From: Actinomycetes bacterium
Lineage (GTDB): Bacteria; Actinomycetota; Acidimicrobiia; Acidimicrobiales; Ilumatobacteraceae
DNA length: 64,000 nucleotides
Direction of reading: 5' to 3'
Assembly (NCBI GenBank): GCA_014190295.1
Contig: BJGF01000001.1
Span: 7,518 to 71,517 of the forward strand
Shown here: positions 8,897-19,363 of the stretch, piece after piece
Numbering within the stretch: the first letter of the stretch is position 1
Layout of the letters: every line of letters starts with the position of its first letter
Translations under genes and position numbers: made by a program
The notes under the pieces: model-generated
Told to the model about the DNA's origin: nothing
Seen by the model: the letters and a program-made list of their open reading frames with translations, nothing else
The model's database searches: none

Positions 8897-11137
8897 CTAG
8901 TTAATTTTTTTCAGAGGCGCCCAAGTCAAAGCCAAATGTTTTGCACCGTGCTTGGCAAACTCAATTGTTGCTTCCGCCGATTCACCAGAGCCACGAATAT
9001 TGATAATCACGCCTTCACCAAACGATGGGTGCTCGACATCGTCACCAACTTTTAGACCGGAATTCGCGCCCGTTAGATCGCCAACTGCATCACCGTCGCG
9101 GCGATATTTCGGAATCGTCGCTCTCGTCCATTCGATTCTCTGACCAGTGCCCTGATCTGGCCGTGGTCGATAACTGCCCCGACCCTCATCTGCGCCCGAG
9201 TCGATGCTGCCTTCGCGTTGCAACAACTCGCTGGGTATCTCATCAAGAAAACGCGACGGCGGATTGTATTGCTTTGACCCGTAGAGATTGCGACTCCAGG
9301 CGTGCGACACAAGCAATCTCTCTTTTGCCCGAGTGATTCCGACATATGCCAATCGACGTTCTTCTTCGAGTTCATTTTGATCTGTGAGTGCGCGACTATG
9401 CGGAAAAATACCTTCTTCCATGCCGACAATAAACACGACCGGAAACTCAAGACCTTTTGCCGCATGCAGCGTCATCAGTGTTACATGATTATCTGAATCA
9501 AGTTGATCGGTATCGGCGACTAGCGCAACTTGCTCAAGAAATTCGTCGACTTGCACGAACTCGCTGGCGCTGCCAATAAGTTCTGACAAGTTTTCGTAGC
9601 GACCAGCCGACTCGACCGTGTCTTCGGCTTCGAGTTCTTTGAAATAACCGCTTGCTTCAAGTGCGTGGCGCAAAACAGCGCCCGGACCTTGGCTAAGCCG
9701 TGACTCTAAATCGTCAATTAGTGCGACGAAAGATGCGATGCCTTTGGCTGCAGCACCACCCACGCCAGCATCTTTGGCGCGACGCAGGGCAATCGCAAAC
9801 GAGACTTGCTCTTTGGCGGCGAATGCATCGATTCGATCAACGCTCGTATCGCCGATTCCACGTTTGGGCACATTCAAAACTCGCTTCAGACTCACTTCGT
9901 CGAGTGGGTTGGCTGCACTGCGAATATATGCAAGTGCATCTTTGACTTCGCGCCGATCGTAGAACCGAGTGCCACCAATGACTTTGTAAGGCACGCCAGA
10001 CTGCATCAAACTTTCTTCAAGCACTCGACTCTGCGCATTGGTGCGATAGAACACTGCCATCTCGCGCCACTGACGTGCGTCTGTCTCGTGCATTTGTTTG
10101 AGTTGTGAAATCGCCCAGTTTGCCTCGTGATATTCGTCGTCGGCGTAGTAGCGCACAACACGATCGCCTTTGCCGAGTTCTGTCCAAAGTTCTTTGGGTT
10201 TTCGCTCTTCGTTATTGGTGATCACGGCGTTGGCAGCATCTAAAATTGTCTGCGTGCTTCGATAATTTTGCGCCAACACGACAACTGTCACTTCAGGAAA
10301 CGCAGTTTCAAATTGCAGGATATTTCTGAAGTCTGCGCCACGAAAACGATAAACAGATTGATCTGTATCTCCGACAACACACACATTGTGACGTGCTTGA
10401 GTATCGTCTGCGTTGGCAAGCATCATCACGATTGCATTTTGCGCCATGTTTGTGTCTTGATATTCGTCAATCAAGATATGTTCGAACCGTTGTTGATACT
10501 CGGCCAAGACATCTTTGTGCTGGCGAAAAAGTTTCACCGTATTTAGCAACAAGTCGTCAAAATCCATTGCGCCGGCTTTTTCAAGACGATTTTGATATTC
10601 GCGATAGATCTCGGCATATTTTGTGTCAAAAACATTGTCAGCTTGAGTTGCCGCATCGTATGGCGAGATCAATTCGTTCTTCCATAAACTTATTCGCGCC
10701 TGCACGCCTCGCGCCGGAAACCTTTTCACATCGAGACTCATATCACGGATTACGTAGCCAATCAATCTTTGAGAATCTGATTGATCATAAATCGAAAATG
10801 TTTTTGGAAACCCAATTTGTTCGGCTTGCATTCGAAGAATTCGCACACATGCAGCGTGAAAAGTGCTGACCCACATTCTTTCGGCAACTTTGCCGACAAG
10901 TGCTTCGACACGCTCACGCATTTCACCGGCAGCTTTATTGGTGAAGGTGATCGCCAAAATTCGCATCGGATGAGTGCCTTGCGCAATCAAGTGCGCCACA
11001 CGATGAGTCAACACGCGGGTCTTGCCCGAGCCTGCACCAGCAATCACCAGCAACGGCCCACTCGGATGCAAGACGGCGTCTTGCTGATCGGGGTTCAGCG
11101 ACGCAATGTCTAATGAAATGTTTCGCTCTGGCATCAC
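8897..11137 (-). CDS. pcrA: ATP-dependent DNA helicase PcrA/UvrD (SF1)
   Basis: 746 aa. Walker A AGAGSGKT, DEYQDT box, and QNYRST, TLHAAKGLEF and VGITRA motifs. Confidence 0.9.
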   Translation of the reverse strand: MMPERNISLDIASLNPDQQDAVLHPSGPLLVIAGAGSGKTRVLTHRVAHLIAQGTHPMRILAITFTNKAAGEMRERVEALVGKVAERMWVSTFHAACVRILRMQAEQIGFPKTFSIYDQSDSQRLIGYVIRDMSLDVKRFPARGVQARISLWKNELISPYDAATQADNVFDTKYAEIYREYQNRLEKAGAMDFDDLLLNTVKLFRQHKDVLAEYQQRFEHILIDEYQDTNMAQNAIVMMLANADDTQARHNVCVVGDTDQSVYRFRGADFRNILQFETAFPEVTVVVLAQNYRSTQTILDAANAVITNNEERKPKELWTELGKGDRVVRYYADDEYHEANWAISQLKQMHETDARQWREMAVFYRTNAQSRVLEESLMQSGVPYKVIGGTRFYDRREVKDALAYIRSAANPLDEVSLKRVLNVPKRGIGDTSVDRIDAFAAKEQVSFAIALRRAKDAGVGGAAAKGIASFVALIDDLESRLSQGPGAVLRHALEASGYFKELEAEDTVESAGRYENLSELIGSASEFVQVDEFLEQVALVADTDQLDSDNHVTLMTLHAAKGLEFPVVFIVGMEEGIFPHSRALTDQNELEEERRLAYVGITRAKERLLVSHAWSRNLYGSKQYNPPSRFLDEIPSELLQREGSIDSGADEGRGSYRPRPDQGTGQRIEWTRATIPKYRRDGDAVGDLTGANSGLKVGDDVEHPSFGEGVIINIRGSGESAEATIEFAKHGAKHLALTWAPLKKIN

Positions 11138-11200
11138 CCCTGCAGACTAGGCGCACCGTATGCAACTAATACAGCAGTCAATGAGGCAGAATCTTGGTTC

Positions 11201-11938
11201 GTGGCTAGTCAAAAAAAACTGTTTATCTTGCTTCCACCATCCGAAGGCAAGGCTCTCTCGGGTGCAACCGGCACAAAATTTAAAGAACTTGATGGCGTAT
11301 TTGGCAAATCACTTGCAAAACAACGTGCCGAAATCATTAATGCTTTGCGAATCGAACGTGGTGGCTCGCAAAAACTACTCGGTGTATCTGGCGCACATCT
11401 CTCACGTGCGCAAGAATCAAATATTTCTGTGCGCGGCGCGAAAACTTTGCCTGCCTGCGAGCGCTACACGGGCGTTGTCTGGGATCATCTCGATCTCGGA
11501 TCATTGCCCAGCGCACTGCAAAAATTTGCGAGCAAAAATATCATTATCGTTTCAGGGTTACTTGGTTTGATAACCGCTAGTGACCCAGTGCCCGATTATC
11601 GCTTAAAAATTGGGGCATCACTCGCGCCAATGGGCAAACTTTCAACTTGGTGGAGAGAAGATCTTTCGCTCGCACTCAACAAACATTGCACAGATGCGAT
11701 AGTCGTTGATTTGTTGCCACAAGAGCACTCAGCGGCATTTGTGCCAAGCGAAAAACTACTTGGCGCATATTTCAGAGTTGATCTGGCGACAAAATCCGGC
11801 ACTGCTGGGGGTCACGATGCCAAAGCGGCAAAAGGCAAATTGGCCCGATATCTAGTCATTAATCACAAAAATGCAGTCGCAGCATTGGGGTCTTTCAGAG
11901 ACCCAAAGTTCAAAGTGCGAGTATTAGAGAAGTTTTAG
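11201..11938 (+). CDS. yaaA: YaaA/DUF328 family peroxide-stress protein
   Basis: 245 aa with the family N-terminus LLPPSEGK and length typical of UPF0246. Its 3' end overlaps the convergent gene by 15 nt. Confidence 0.75.
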   Translation: MASQKKLFILLPPSEGKALSGATGTKFKELDGVFGKSLAKQRAEIINALRIERGGSQKLLGVSGAHLSRAQESNISVRGAKTLPACERYTGVVWDHLDLGSLPSALQKFASKNIIIVSGLLGLITASDPVPDYRLKIGASLAPMGKLSTWWREDLSLALNKHCTDAIVVDLLPQEHSAAFVPSEKLLGAYFRVDLATKSGTAGGHDAKAAKGKLARYLVINHKNAVAALGSFRDPKFKVRVLEKF

Positions 11939-12652
11939 CTTCAAAAATTCAAGAACGCGTTGTACACCCAGTTCTTGGCGCTGTTCAGTTAGCACTGAAT
12001 GATCTGACTTTTTTGTGGATTCAAATTCAACTGCAACAAACGAATCACCGAGCAATTTATGCAATTCAGCGAACCGTGTACCGACTAATTTGTCGCCTGT
12101 ATATCGAAGCCCCAAAACCTGACAACCAGTGGCGGCTCGTTGCACGACCCTGCGCATATCTTCGTTCGAAAGATTTAGATCTGCTGCACGCTTGGCACCA
12201 AATGAAAACGGCAAGGAAGGTTGCGAAAGCACTGGTGCCACCATGATGTCATCGACCATCATGCCGAGTGCAAAACCCCCACTAAAACACATACCGACCG
12301 CGCCAATACCGGCACCACCAACTTCTGCGTGCAGTTGTTTGGCAAGTGCCCGCAACCAAAAAATTACTGGTGATGTTTTATGCAGTGCCATCGTCGTGAA
12401 TTCTTTCGAGATACAAACACGGGCCATCGACGATGCCATGTACTTTCTAGATGATGATTTATCCGTCGTGCCAACTAATAGTGGCATCACAACGGTGAAC
12501 CCAGCATCCACAACTTCGTTCGCAAATTTTTCAACTACTGGAGTAATGCCAGGTATCTCGTGAATAATAATTACACCAGGCCCTGACCCTTTACGAAATA
12601 TTTCGTGTGTCGTGTTGTCTGCACTAAATGAAGAGTTTGACCAGCCGATCAT
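11924..12652 (-). CDS. dienelactone hydrolase family protein
   Basis: 242 aa alpha/beta hydrolase with nucleophile elbow GMCFSGG (a Cys nucleophile, as in DLH) and a C-terminal His (DHSV). Confidence 0.7.
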   Translation of the reverse strand: MIGWSNSSFSADNTTHEIFRKGSGPGVIIIHEIPGITPVVEKFANEVVDAGFTVVMPLLVGTTDKSSSRKYMASSMARVCISKEFTTMALHKTSPVIFWLRALAKQLHAEVGGAGIGAVGMCFSGGFALGMMVDDIMVAPVLSQPSLPFSFGAKRAADLNLSNEDMRRVVQRAATGCQVLGLRYTGDKLVGTRFAELHKLLGDSFVAVEFESTKKSDHSVLTEQRQELGVQRVLEFLKLKLL

Positions 12653-12665
12653 TTTTGCGTATCTA

Positions 12666-13781
12666 CTACTTTGGTCGACCGACGCCAGTTACTTTTGACC
12701 AACTCACACCGTAAACCTTGACAACATCGCCGGTTCGAGGTGCAGCAATCATTTGTCCATTACCGAGATAGATGCCAACATGACTCACCGGATTGTGAGA
12801 GAAAATTAAATCTCCTGGTTGTGCCGCTTGTGTCGGAACACGAATCAGCGCATCATATTGTGAACGCGAAGAACGAGGAATGCTCACACCTGCTTTACCC
12901 CATGCATAAGAGGTAAGACCAGAACAATCAAATGCTTCACCAGGCGATAATGCCCCGTACCGATATCGCACACCGAGTTGAGATAGCGCAGCTTTCACCG
13001 CGATGCCGGCAGCCGATGAAGGTGCAGGCACATTTGAATATTTGTTTTTAGAAAACGATGCGGCAATCCGCGCTGCTTCTGCAAGCGCCGCTGTCGCACG
13101 CTTGCTTTGTTCACCGCGCAATAAATCTCCAAGATCACGCAATGCTTCTTGCTCTCGAGCGTAATATGTCGCTTCGCTTGATTTGGCTGCGGCCAAACGC
13201 TTTTTCGCATATTCAGCAATGCCACCTGCACGAGTTCGCTGGCTTTCAAGTTGCTTGCGTTCACGGGCTATATCTTCGATCACACCTTGAAGCGAATCGA
13301 GACCACTCACGCCGGTGTTGAGCGCCACAGAAGTTAAATATGATTTACGTACCGCATCTGACAGCGTGCCAGTTGAACTAAGGATGCTGGCCAAACTGTT
13401 GGATATTGACTTTCCGACAAAAGTTTTTAGTGCAACATTTTGCAGCTGTGCTTGCATGGCGGCAAGTTCAATTTCTTTGGCTTTGATTCGGACTTCAGTG
13501 GCAGCGATCTCTTTGTCAAGTTCAATACCGTCGTTAACTGCCTCCGCATAGTCTTCGGCAAGGTTGTCCATCGCCTCAGCCAGACGCTCGAGTTCATCAA
13601 GAATTGCGTCAACTTCACGCTGTTTATCGTCTGAAGTTTGCGGCAACGCAATGCTTGGCAGGACGGTATTTGTGGCACTTGCCGAGGCAGGTGCGAACCC
13701 GGTAACCAGAGAAATGCAACAGATGGCACCAATTAGAGGTGACACCGTCCTACGAAAACGCCCATTGGCGCTGCGGGTCAT
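12666..13781 (-). CDS. secreted NlpC/P60 peptidoglycan endopeptidase with N-terminal coiled coil (RipA-like)
   Basis: Signal peptide (LIGAICCISLVTGFAPASASA), a roughly 200-aa Ala/Glu/Leu-rich coiled coil, and a C-terminal NlpC/P60 domain with catalytic FDCSGL and downstream His (SHVGIYLG). Confidence 0.85.
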   Translation of the reverse strand: MTRSANGRFRRTVSPLIGAICCISLVTGFAPASASATNTVLPSIALPQTSDDKQREVDAILDELERLAEAMDNLAEDYAEAVNDGIELDKEIAATEVRIKAKEIELAAMQAQLQNVALKTFVGKSISNSLASILSSTGTLSDAVRKSYLTSVALNTGVSGLDSLQGVIEDIARERKQLESQRTRAGGIAEYAKKRLAAAKSSEATYYAREQEALRDLGDLLRGEQSKRATAALAEAARIAASFSKNKYSNVPAPSSAAGIAVKAALSQLGVRYRYGALSPGEAFDCSGLTSYAWGKAGVSIPRSSRSQYDALIRVPTQAAQPGDLIFSHNPVSHVGIYLGNGQMIAAPRTGDVVKVYGVSWSKVTGVGRPK

Positions 13782-13847
13782 GATTCAACCAGTCTAACGA
13801 GTCATTCTGACCTGTGCTTCAGACCCCAAACCCTTAAATCAAGCGAC

Positions 13848-13899
13848 TTAATTCACGATCAAAATCACGAATCAAAATCACTTATTAAAATCACGTCCC
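13848..13899 (-). repeat. four tandem 13-nt direct repeats (AAAATCAC-N5 on the plus strand, GTGATTTT on the minus strand)
   Basis: Units are TTAATTCACGATC, AAAATCACGAATC, AAAATCACTTATT and AAAATCACGTCCC, read directly. They lie between the guaA stop and the NlpC/P60 gene start. Confidence 0.8.
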
Positions 13900-15473
13900 T
13901 ATTCCCACTCGATTGTGCCGGGTGGTTTTGATGTCACGTCGTAGACGACGCGGTTGATGCCAGCAACTTCGTTAATAATTCGCGACGAAATTTTTTCAAG
14001 CAGGTCATATGGCAGACGCGCCCAATCTGCAGTCATCGCATCTTCGCTAGTTACGGCGCGCACAATTATCGGTCGGCCATAAGTGCGCTCATCGCCCATC
14101 ACGCCCACTGATCTGATATCTGCAAGAACTGCGAACGCTTGCCAAATCTCTCGCTCGAGACCAGCACTGCGAATTTCTTCACGCACAATGAAATCTGCGT
14201 TTTGCAAAATCGCCACCTTGTCGGGCGTAACTTCACCAATGATTCGCACACCCAAACCAGGACCAGGAAACGGCTGACGCCAAATAATCTCATCTGGCAA
14301 ACCAAGTTGCGAACCGAGCGCACGCACTTCGTCTTTAAACAATGCCCGCAATGGCTCGACGAGTTTGAGCGTCATATCTTCTGGCAACCCACCCACGTTG
14401 TGATGGCTCTTGATCACGCTCGCCGTGCCGTCTTGACCGCCGCTCTCGATCACATCTGGATACAGAGTGCCCTGCACTAAAAACTTTGCGTCCGTCAAAC
14501 CGCCGGTATTTTCTTCAAAGATCCGCACGAACAGCTCGCCGATTGTTTTGCGTTTTGCTTCTGGCTCAGTAATGCCAGCAAGTCGTTCGAAAAAACGCGC
14601 CCCAGCATCGACATGCACCAGCTCGATGCCCATCACGCGATGAAATGTTTCGACAATCTGCACACTCTCGTTTTTGCGCATCAGACCTGTGTCTACATAT
14701 ACGCATGTGAGTTGCTTGCCAATCGCACGGTGCACGAGTGCCGCAGCCACCGCCGAATCAACACCACCAGATAGGCCACATACAACACGCTCGCTGCCAA
14801 CCTGCTCACGAATTGCTTGAACCTGTGTTTCAATAATCGAATTCATTGTCCACGAAGGTTTGCAACCTGCGAGATTATAAATGAACTGTTGCAAAACTTC
14901 GGTGCCTTGTTGAGTGTGCATCACTTCTGGGTGAAACTGCACACCCCAGATTTTTTTCGCCGAGTTTTCAATAACCGCCATCGGCGCATCGGGCGTTGAA
15001 GCGGTGGCGACAAAACCATCGGGTGCTCGTGTGACCGCATCAAAGTGACTCATCCAAACATTCAGCGACGATAAAGAGTCGTCGCTGAATAAAGTTGATC
15101 TAGAACCTGTCGTGCGACTCAGAACTGTGCGACCATACTCACCCTTTCCTCCACGTTCGACGACACCGCCAAGTTGCTGAGCGATCAACTGTGTGCCATA
15201 ACAGATTCCAAAAATTGGTATGCCAAGTTCGTAGATCGCAGGGTCAAGTATCGGTGCGCCATCGATATGCACACTTTTTGGTCCGCCAGACAAAATAATC
15301 GCTGCAGGGTTGCGCTTTTTTATTTCAGCAGCCGTAATTCTGTGCGAAACAATCTCTGAATAGACCTTGGCTTCGCGCACACGGCGTGCGATCAACTGCG
15401 CATATTGCGCCCCAAAATCAACTACGAGCACAACTTGCAACTCGTTTGTCGATGTTGCGGTAGCCGACTTCAT
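13899..15473 (-). CDS. guaA: GMP synthase (glutamine-hydrolysing)
   Basis: GATase-1 motifs ([14 protein letters not shown]), ATP-pyrophosphatase SGGVDS, and C-terminus PPGTIEWE. Start placed at the internal ATG at 15473 (MKSATATS...[11 protein letters not shown]). Confidence 0.95.
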   Translation of the reverse strand: MKSATATSTNELQVVLVVDFGAQYAQLIARRVREAKVYSEIVSHRITAAEIKKRNPAAIILSGGPKSVHIDGAPILDPAIYELGIPIFGICYGTQLIAQQLGGVVERGGKGEYGRTVLSRTTGSRSTLFSDDSLSSLNVWMSHFDAVTRAPDGFVATASTPDAPMAVIENSAKKIWGVQFHPEVMHTQQGTEVLQQFIYNLAGCKPSWTMNSIIETQVQAIREQVGSERVVCGLSGGVDSAVAAALVHRAIGKQLTCVYVDTGLMRKNESVQIVETFHRVMGIELVHVDAGARFFERLAGITEPEAKRKTIGELFVRIFEENTGGLTDAKFLVQGTLYPDVIESGGQDGTASVIKSHHNVGGLPEDMTLKLVEPLRALFKDEVRALGSQLGLPDEIIWRQPFPGPGLGVRIIGEVTPDKVAILQNADFIVREEIRSAGLEREIWQAFAVLADIRSVGVMGDERTYGRPIIVRAVTSEDAMTADWARLPYDLLEKISSRIINEVAGINRVVYDVTSKPPGTIEWE

Positions 15474-15496
15474 AGTGACGCATAACTTTAGTTGAT

Positions 15497-15850
15497 ATGC
15501 GGTGCAAACTCGCCATGAAGTGGCACGATGGACAGGTGAAAAAGTTGTTAATGCCAGCCATCCTCGTTGCACTGTCGTTGACTTTCAGTGGGTCAGCTCT
15601 AGCAACCAACACGGGTGCAAGCGATACAAGCACGAGTGACACGAGCATTCCGGCTGTTTATGACCTTGAAAATGAGCCATCGCAGTGCATTGGTTTGCTG
15701 CCGAGACCAGGTTGTGGCAAGAAACCCGAAGACGCCGGTGAGCGCGGTGGCGCATTGCAATACACGGTTTTTGGCTTGATGATCTTTGGGCTTGGCGTCA
15801 TCGGTGTTGGGATGAAACGTTCAATTAAAAAACAGAAACCGCAACTGTGA
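15497..15850 (+). CDS. hypothetical small secreted/membrane protein
   Basis: 117-aa ORF with a signal-like segment ([20 protein letters not shown]), a Thr/Ser/Asp low-complexity stretch, a Cys pair, and a C-terminal TM helix plus basic tail. The exact start is uncertain. Confidence 0.35.
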   Translation: MRCKLAMKWHDGQVKKLLMPAILVALSLTFSGSALATNTGASDTSTSDTSIPAVYDLENEPSQCIGLLPRPGCGKKPEDAGERGGALQYTVFGLMIFGLGVIGVGMKRSIKKQKPQL

Positions 15851-16821
15851 AAATAAAATTTCGAAACGCAATAAAAGCCAGGCCAAGACTTTTTGGAGTG
15901 TTGTTTGTAATGCTGGCGGGTGCTGGTTATGGCACAGGCCCTTGGTTTGCGCAAAATCTCGAGCGCAATGGTGCCAATCCGATGGGTTTTCTCACTGCGC
16001 GATTCACGATGTCGGCAATTATTTTAATAGTGATTCGCTTAATTCGTATGGGCGCCACAAATCTGCCCAACATTCAAGATGCACTGAAAATATTTCTGCT
16101 CGGCGCGTTTGGTTTTTTTATCTCGCCACTTCTCTACTTCATCGCCTTGCATGATCTTGACTCGGGGCTCGTCGTCGTAATTTTTTACATTTACCCCGCA
16201 CTCGCCGTGATGCTCTCGTGGATTATTTATCAGCACAAACCAAATCTCGTGATCTCGGTTTGCCTTTTCACAACTCTGACCGGCGTCTGGTTAACCGCGG
16301 GCCAAGTTGGCGATGGCAATTTCTCCGGCATTATCATCACATTTTTGTCGGCTGTGTTTCACGCGGCTTATGTCGTCGCTGCCGGAAGTATTTCAAAGAA
16401 ATCTGACCCACTGACAATGCTGACAATTGCACTAACTGGCGCTGCAGTGACATTTATTTTTGTCTCACTGCTCGGGCCGAGTTCGCTTAATCCAGAATTT
16501 CCGATCAACACGCAAGGCTGGCTATTGGTAGTCGCGATGGCTTTTTTAATCACCATCCTGGCAACTGCATTATTTTTTGCTGGCATCAAACGCATCGGCC
16601 CCGGCGTGACTTCAATGGTCGAAACTTTTGAGGCTGTCGTGACGATTTCAATTGGCGTGATGCTGATGAACGAAACAGTCACTACGATTCAAATTCTGGG
16701 CACCGTCACCGTACTCGGATCAATTGTCGCCATCGGATTAGCCGAATCGCGCGCCGAAAAACAGACCGGTAAACAGCCAGACTCACATAGTGGAACTGTG
16801 CTTGATCTGCCAATATCCTAG
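15847..16821 (+). CDS. EamA/DMT-superfamily transporter
   Basis: 324 aa with about 10 TM helices in two EamA-like halves. GTG start overlaps the upstream stop. Confidence 0.8.
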   Translation: MKIKFRNAIKARPRLFGVLFVMLAGAGYGTGPWFAQNLERNGANPMGFLTARFTMSAIILIVIRLIRMGATNLPNIQDALKIFLLGAFGFFISPLLYFIALHDLDSGLVVVIFYIYPALAVMLSWIIYQHKPNLVISVCLFTTLTGVWLTAGQVGDGNFSGIIITFLSAVFHAAYVVAAGSISKKSDPLTMLTIALTGAAVTFIFVSLLGPSSLNPEFPINTQGWLLVVAMAFLITILATALFFAGIKRIGPGVTSMVETFEAVVTISIGVMLMNETVTTIQILGTVTVLGSIVAIGLAESRAEKQTGKQPDSHSGTVLDLPIS

Positions 16822-16852
16822 AACTGTAATTAAATACAACTAAATAACAGAA

Positions 16853-16976
16853 CTTCTTGCAGGGTTGGGTGTGATTCCCTATCGGCGGTTAAAGCCCGCG
16901 ACTCTCACGAGAAATCGTGAGACTGATCTGGTGTGACTCCAGGGCCGACGGTTAAAGTCCGGATGGAAGCAAGAAG
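16853..16976 (+). promoter_or_regulatory. FMN riboswitch (RFN element)
   Basis: P1 helix CTTCTTGC...GCAAGAAG encloses the conserved cores AGGGTTGGGTGTGATTCCCTATCGGCGGTTAAAGCCCGCGA and GATCTGGTGTGACTCCAGGGCCGACGGTTAAAGTCCGGATGGAAG. It lies directly upstream of ribD. Confidence 0.88.
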
Positions 16977-17033
16977 ACGGTGGTGTCGTGCGCGTGCATA
17001 CGCGTTGTGCGACTCGTCGTTCGTTGACCCTGC

Positions 17034-18065
17034 ATGTCGTTCGACGAACGAAAGAGATTTTCAGTGGACGACCTAAAGGCGATGCAAATTGCAATTGCTG
17101 CAGCCGATCGTGCGCGTCTCGTTTCGCGACCAAACCCGTGGGTCGGCGCAGTTGTCGTTACGCAAACTGGCGAAATTTTTGAAGGATCAACTAGTCGCGT
17201 TGGTGGCCCGCACGCAGAAATCGTCGCGATTCGCGCGGCAGCAAAACTTGCAATTGGCGCAACGCTATATACGACTCTCGAACCGTGCAATCACACAGGT
17301 CGCACCGGCCCATGCACACAAGCGATCATTGACGCCAGAATCACACGTGTTGTTATTGGCGTCGTTGACCCAGATGAAAAAGTTTCTGGTCGTGGCATTA
17401 CACGACTACGCGAGGCTGGCATCACAGTTGAAGTTGGCGTGCTTGCCGATCAGATCACCGCGCAACTTGCACCGTATTTACATCACCGAAAAACAAAACG
17501 ACCATTCGTTATTTTGAAAATGGCTATGACTCTAGACGGTCGCACCGCCGCCCCAGATGGCACGAGCATGTGGATCACCGGCGATATTGCGCGTCGTCGA
17601 GTGCAACAACTTCGCGCACAAAGCGATGCGGTTCTGGTTGGCGCTGGCACCGTGCGAAAAGATGATCCACAACTCACAGTGCGCGATATAGACGGCCAGT
17701 CGCCGCGACGAATCGTGCTCGGCAAAGTCTCGCCTGAAGCACGCGTCAACCCTTGCACACAATGGCACGGTCCACTTGTTGATTTGTTGGATGAACTCGG
17801 CAACCAAGATGTGTTGCAGTTGCTGATCGAAGGCGGACCGACCGTGGCGGCATCGTTTCATCGCCAAGGATTAATTAATCAATACATAATTCATCTTGCG
17901 CCAGCATTTAGCGGTGGCAACGACGGGCTCGGGGTTTTTGAAGGCACGGGTATCACAACCATGGCCGACTTATGGCGCGGACGCATGACATCATCACAAC
18001 AACTTGGCGACGACTTAGAAATAATCATCGAGCCAATCACGCAAGTACAGGAGAGAACAAAATGA
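17034..18065 (+). CDS. ribD: bifunctional riboflavin biosynthesis deaminase/reductase
   Basis: Deaminase zinc motifs HAE and PCNHTGRTGPC, plus a C-terminal reductase domain (ILKMAMTLDGR). First gene after the FMN riboswitch. Confidence 0.9.
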   Translation: MSFDERKRFSVDDLKAMQIAIAAADRARLVSRPNPWVGAVVVTQTGEIFEGSTSRVGGPHAEIVAIRAAAKLAIGATLYTTLEPCNHTGRTGPCTQAIIDARITRVVIGVVDPDEKVSGRGITRLREAGITVEVGVLADQITAQLAPYLHHRKTKRPFVILKMAMTLDGRTAAPDGTSMWITGDIARRRVQQLRAQSDAVLVGAGTVRKDDPQLTVRDIDGQSPRRIVLGKVSPEARVNPCTQWHGPLVDLLDELGNQDVLQLLIEGGPTVAASFHRQGLINQYIIHLAPAFSGGNDGLGVFEGTGITTMADLWRGRMTSSQQLGDDLEIIIEPITQVQERTK

Positions 18066-19339
18066 ATCAATCAACCAACAAGTCGCATCACGACGCCGAT
18101 TTCGCCGAAACGCAACAGGTCGTTGCCGCTATTGCACGTGGTGAGATGGTCGTGATGGTCGACGACGAAGATCGTGAGAATGAAGGCGACTTGATAATGG
18201 CGGCACAATTTGCCACCGCTGAAAAACTTGCGTTCATGGTTCGTCATACCTCGGGCGTTGTTGTTGCACCACTAACTGGAGAGCGTTGCGATGAACTGCG
18301 ATTGCCGATGATGGTCGACAACAACACCGAGAGTCATCGCACTGCATTCACAATCTCGGTCGACTTAATGGAAGGCACAACGACCGGCATCTCGGCGGCC
18401 GACCGCTCAGCCACTTTGCGTGGACTTGCTGATCCAAAAATAACTCATAGTGCATTTGCTCGACCTGGACATATATTTCCGTTGCGTGCACGTGATGGTG
18501 GCGTTCTCAAACGAGCCGGGCACACCGAAGCGGCTGTTGATTTAGCGCGACTCGCTGGTTGCGAACCAGCAGGAGTGATCTGCGAGATCCAAAACGATGA
18601 TGGCACAATGTCTCGCGTTCCAGAACTAAAAATCTTTGCCAAGCAACACGGCTTATTGATCTCGTCAATTGCGCGGTTGATTGAATATCGTCGCCATAAT
18701 GAGCGACTGGTCGAACGAATGGGTTCTGCAAATGTGCCGACCGAGTGGGGAAACTTTGAATGTGTGGCTTATCGCAACACGATTGACGGCATCGAACATT
18801 TAGCGTTCGTGCTTGGTGACATAACAAGTAACGCACCTGTTTTGACGCGCGTGCACAGCGAATGTCTAACCGGAGACGTGTTCGGCAGTCGTCGATGTGA
18901 TTGTGGACCACAACTCGCAACTGCAATGCAGGCTGTACAAACCGAGGGTCGCGGTGTCGTTGTCTATTTGCGCGGACACGAAGGTCGTGGCATCGGCATT
19001 GGTCACAAAATTCGTGCTTACTCTTTGCAAGATGCGGGACTTGACACAGTTGATGCAAATCTCGAACTTGGTCTGCCAGTTGATAGCCGAGAATACGGTA
19101 TCGGTGCTCAAATTTTGGCCGACCTTGGCGTAACCGAATTGCGGTTGATGACTAATAACCCGGCGAAATACGGCGGCATCGCCGGATACGGGTTAAGCGT
19201 TGTTGAACGAGTTTCAATCGTTACCGAAAGCACTCCTGAAAATGCGTCGTATTTAGCCACGAAACGTGATCGTCTTGGGCATTTTTTCGACGCGAGTGCT
19301 GAGCAAAATAAACCAAAATTAAAACCGAAAAAGAAATAA
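18062..19339 (+). CDS. ribBA: bifunctional 3,4-dihydroxy-2-butanone-4-phosphate synthase / GTP cyclohydrolase II
   Basis: DHBP synthase motif DDEDRENEGDL and GTP cyclohydrolase II motif SRRCDCGPQL. Start at the internal ATG at 18062, overlapping the ribD stop (ATGA). Confidence 0.93.
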   Translation: MNQSTNKSHHDADFAETQQVVAAIARGEMVVMVDDEDRENEGDLIMAAQFATAEKLAFMVRHTSGVVVAPLTGERCDELRLPMMVDNNTESHRTAFTISVDLMEGTTTGISAADRSATLRGLADPKITHSAFARPGHIFPLRARDGGVLKRAGHTEAAVDLARLAGCEPAGVICEIQNDDGTMSRVPELKIFAKQHGLLISSIARLIEYRRHNERLVERMGSANVPTEWGNFECVAYRNTIDGIEHLAFVLGDITSNAPVLTRVHSECLTGDVFGSRRCDCGPQLATAMQAVQTEGRGVVVYLRGHEGRGIGIGHKIRAYSLQDAGLDTVDANLELGLPVDSREYGIGAQILADLGVTELRLMTNNPAKYGGIAGYGLSVVERVSIVTESTPENASYLATKRDRLGHFFDASAEQNKPKLKPKKK

Positions 19340-19363
19340 CCGTTAAAATTAACTGGAGACACT

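Noticed and set aside
11160-11570. A 136-aa plus-strand ORF overlapping the start of yaaA in another frame.
   Set aside because: The yaaA frame carries the family motif and spans the whole interval. This frame is Cys/His/Leu-rich with no support.
13782-13898. A possible c-di-AMP (ydaO-type) riboswitch upstream of the NlpC/P60 gene, as is common for actinobacterial cell-wall hydrolases.
   Set aside because: The spacer is only about 117 nt. I could not find the conserved pseudo-two-fold ydaO core segments. The direct repeats explain most of the sequence instead.
18507-19058. A 183-aa minus-strand ORF inside ribBA.
   Set aside because: It is antisense to a confidently identified ribBA. Its Arg/His/Cys-rich composition is typical of non-coding frames.
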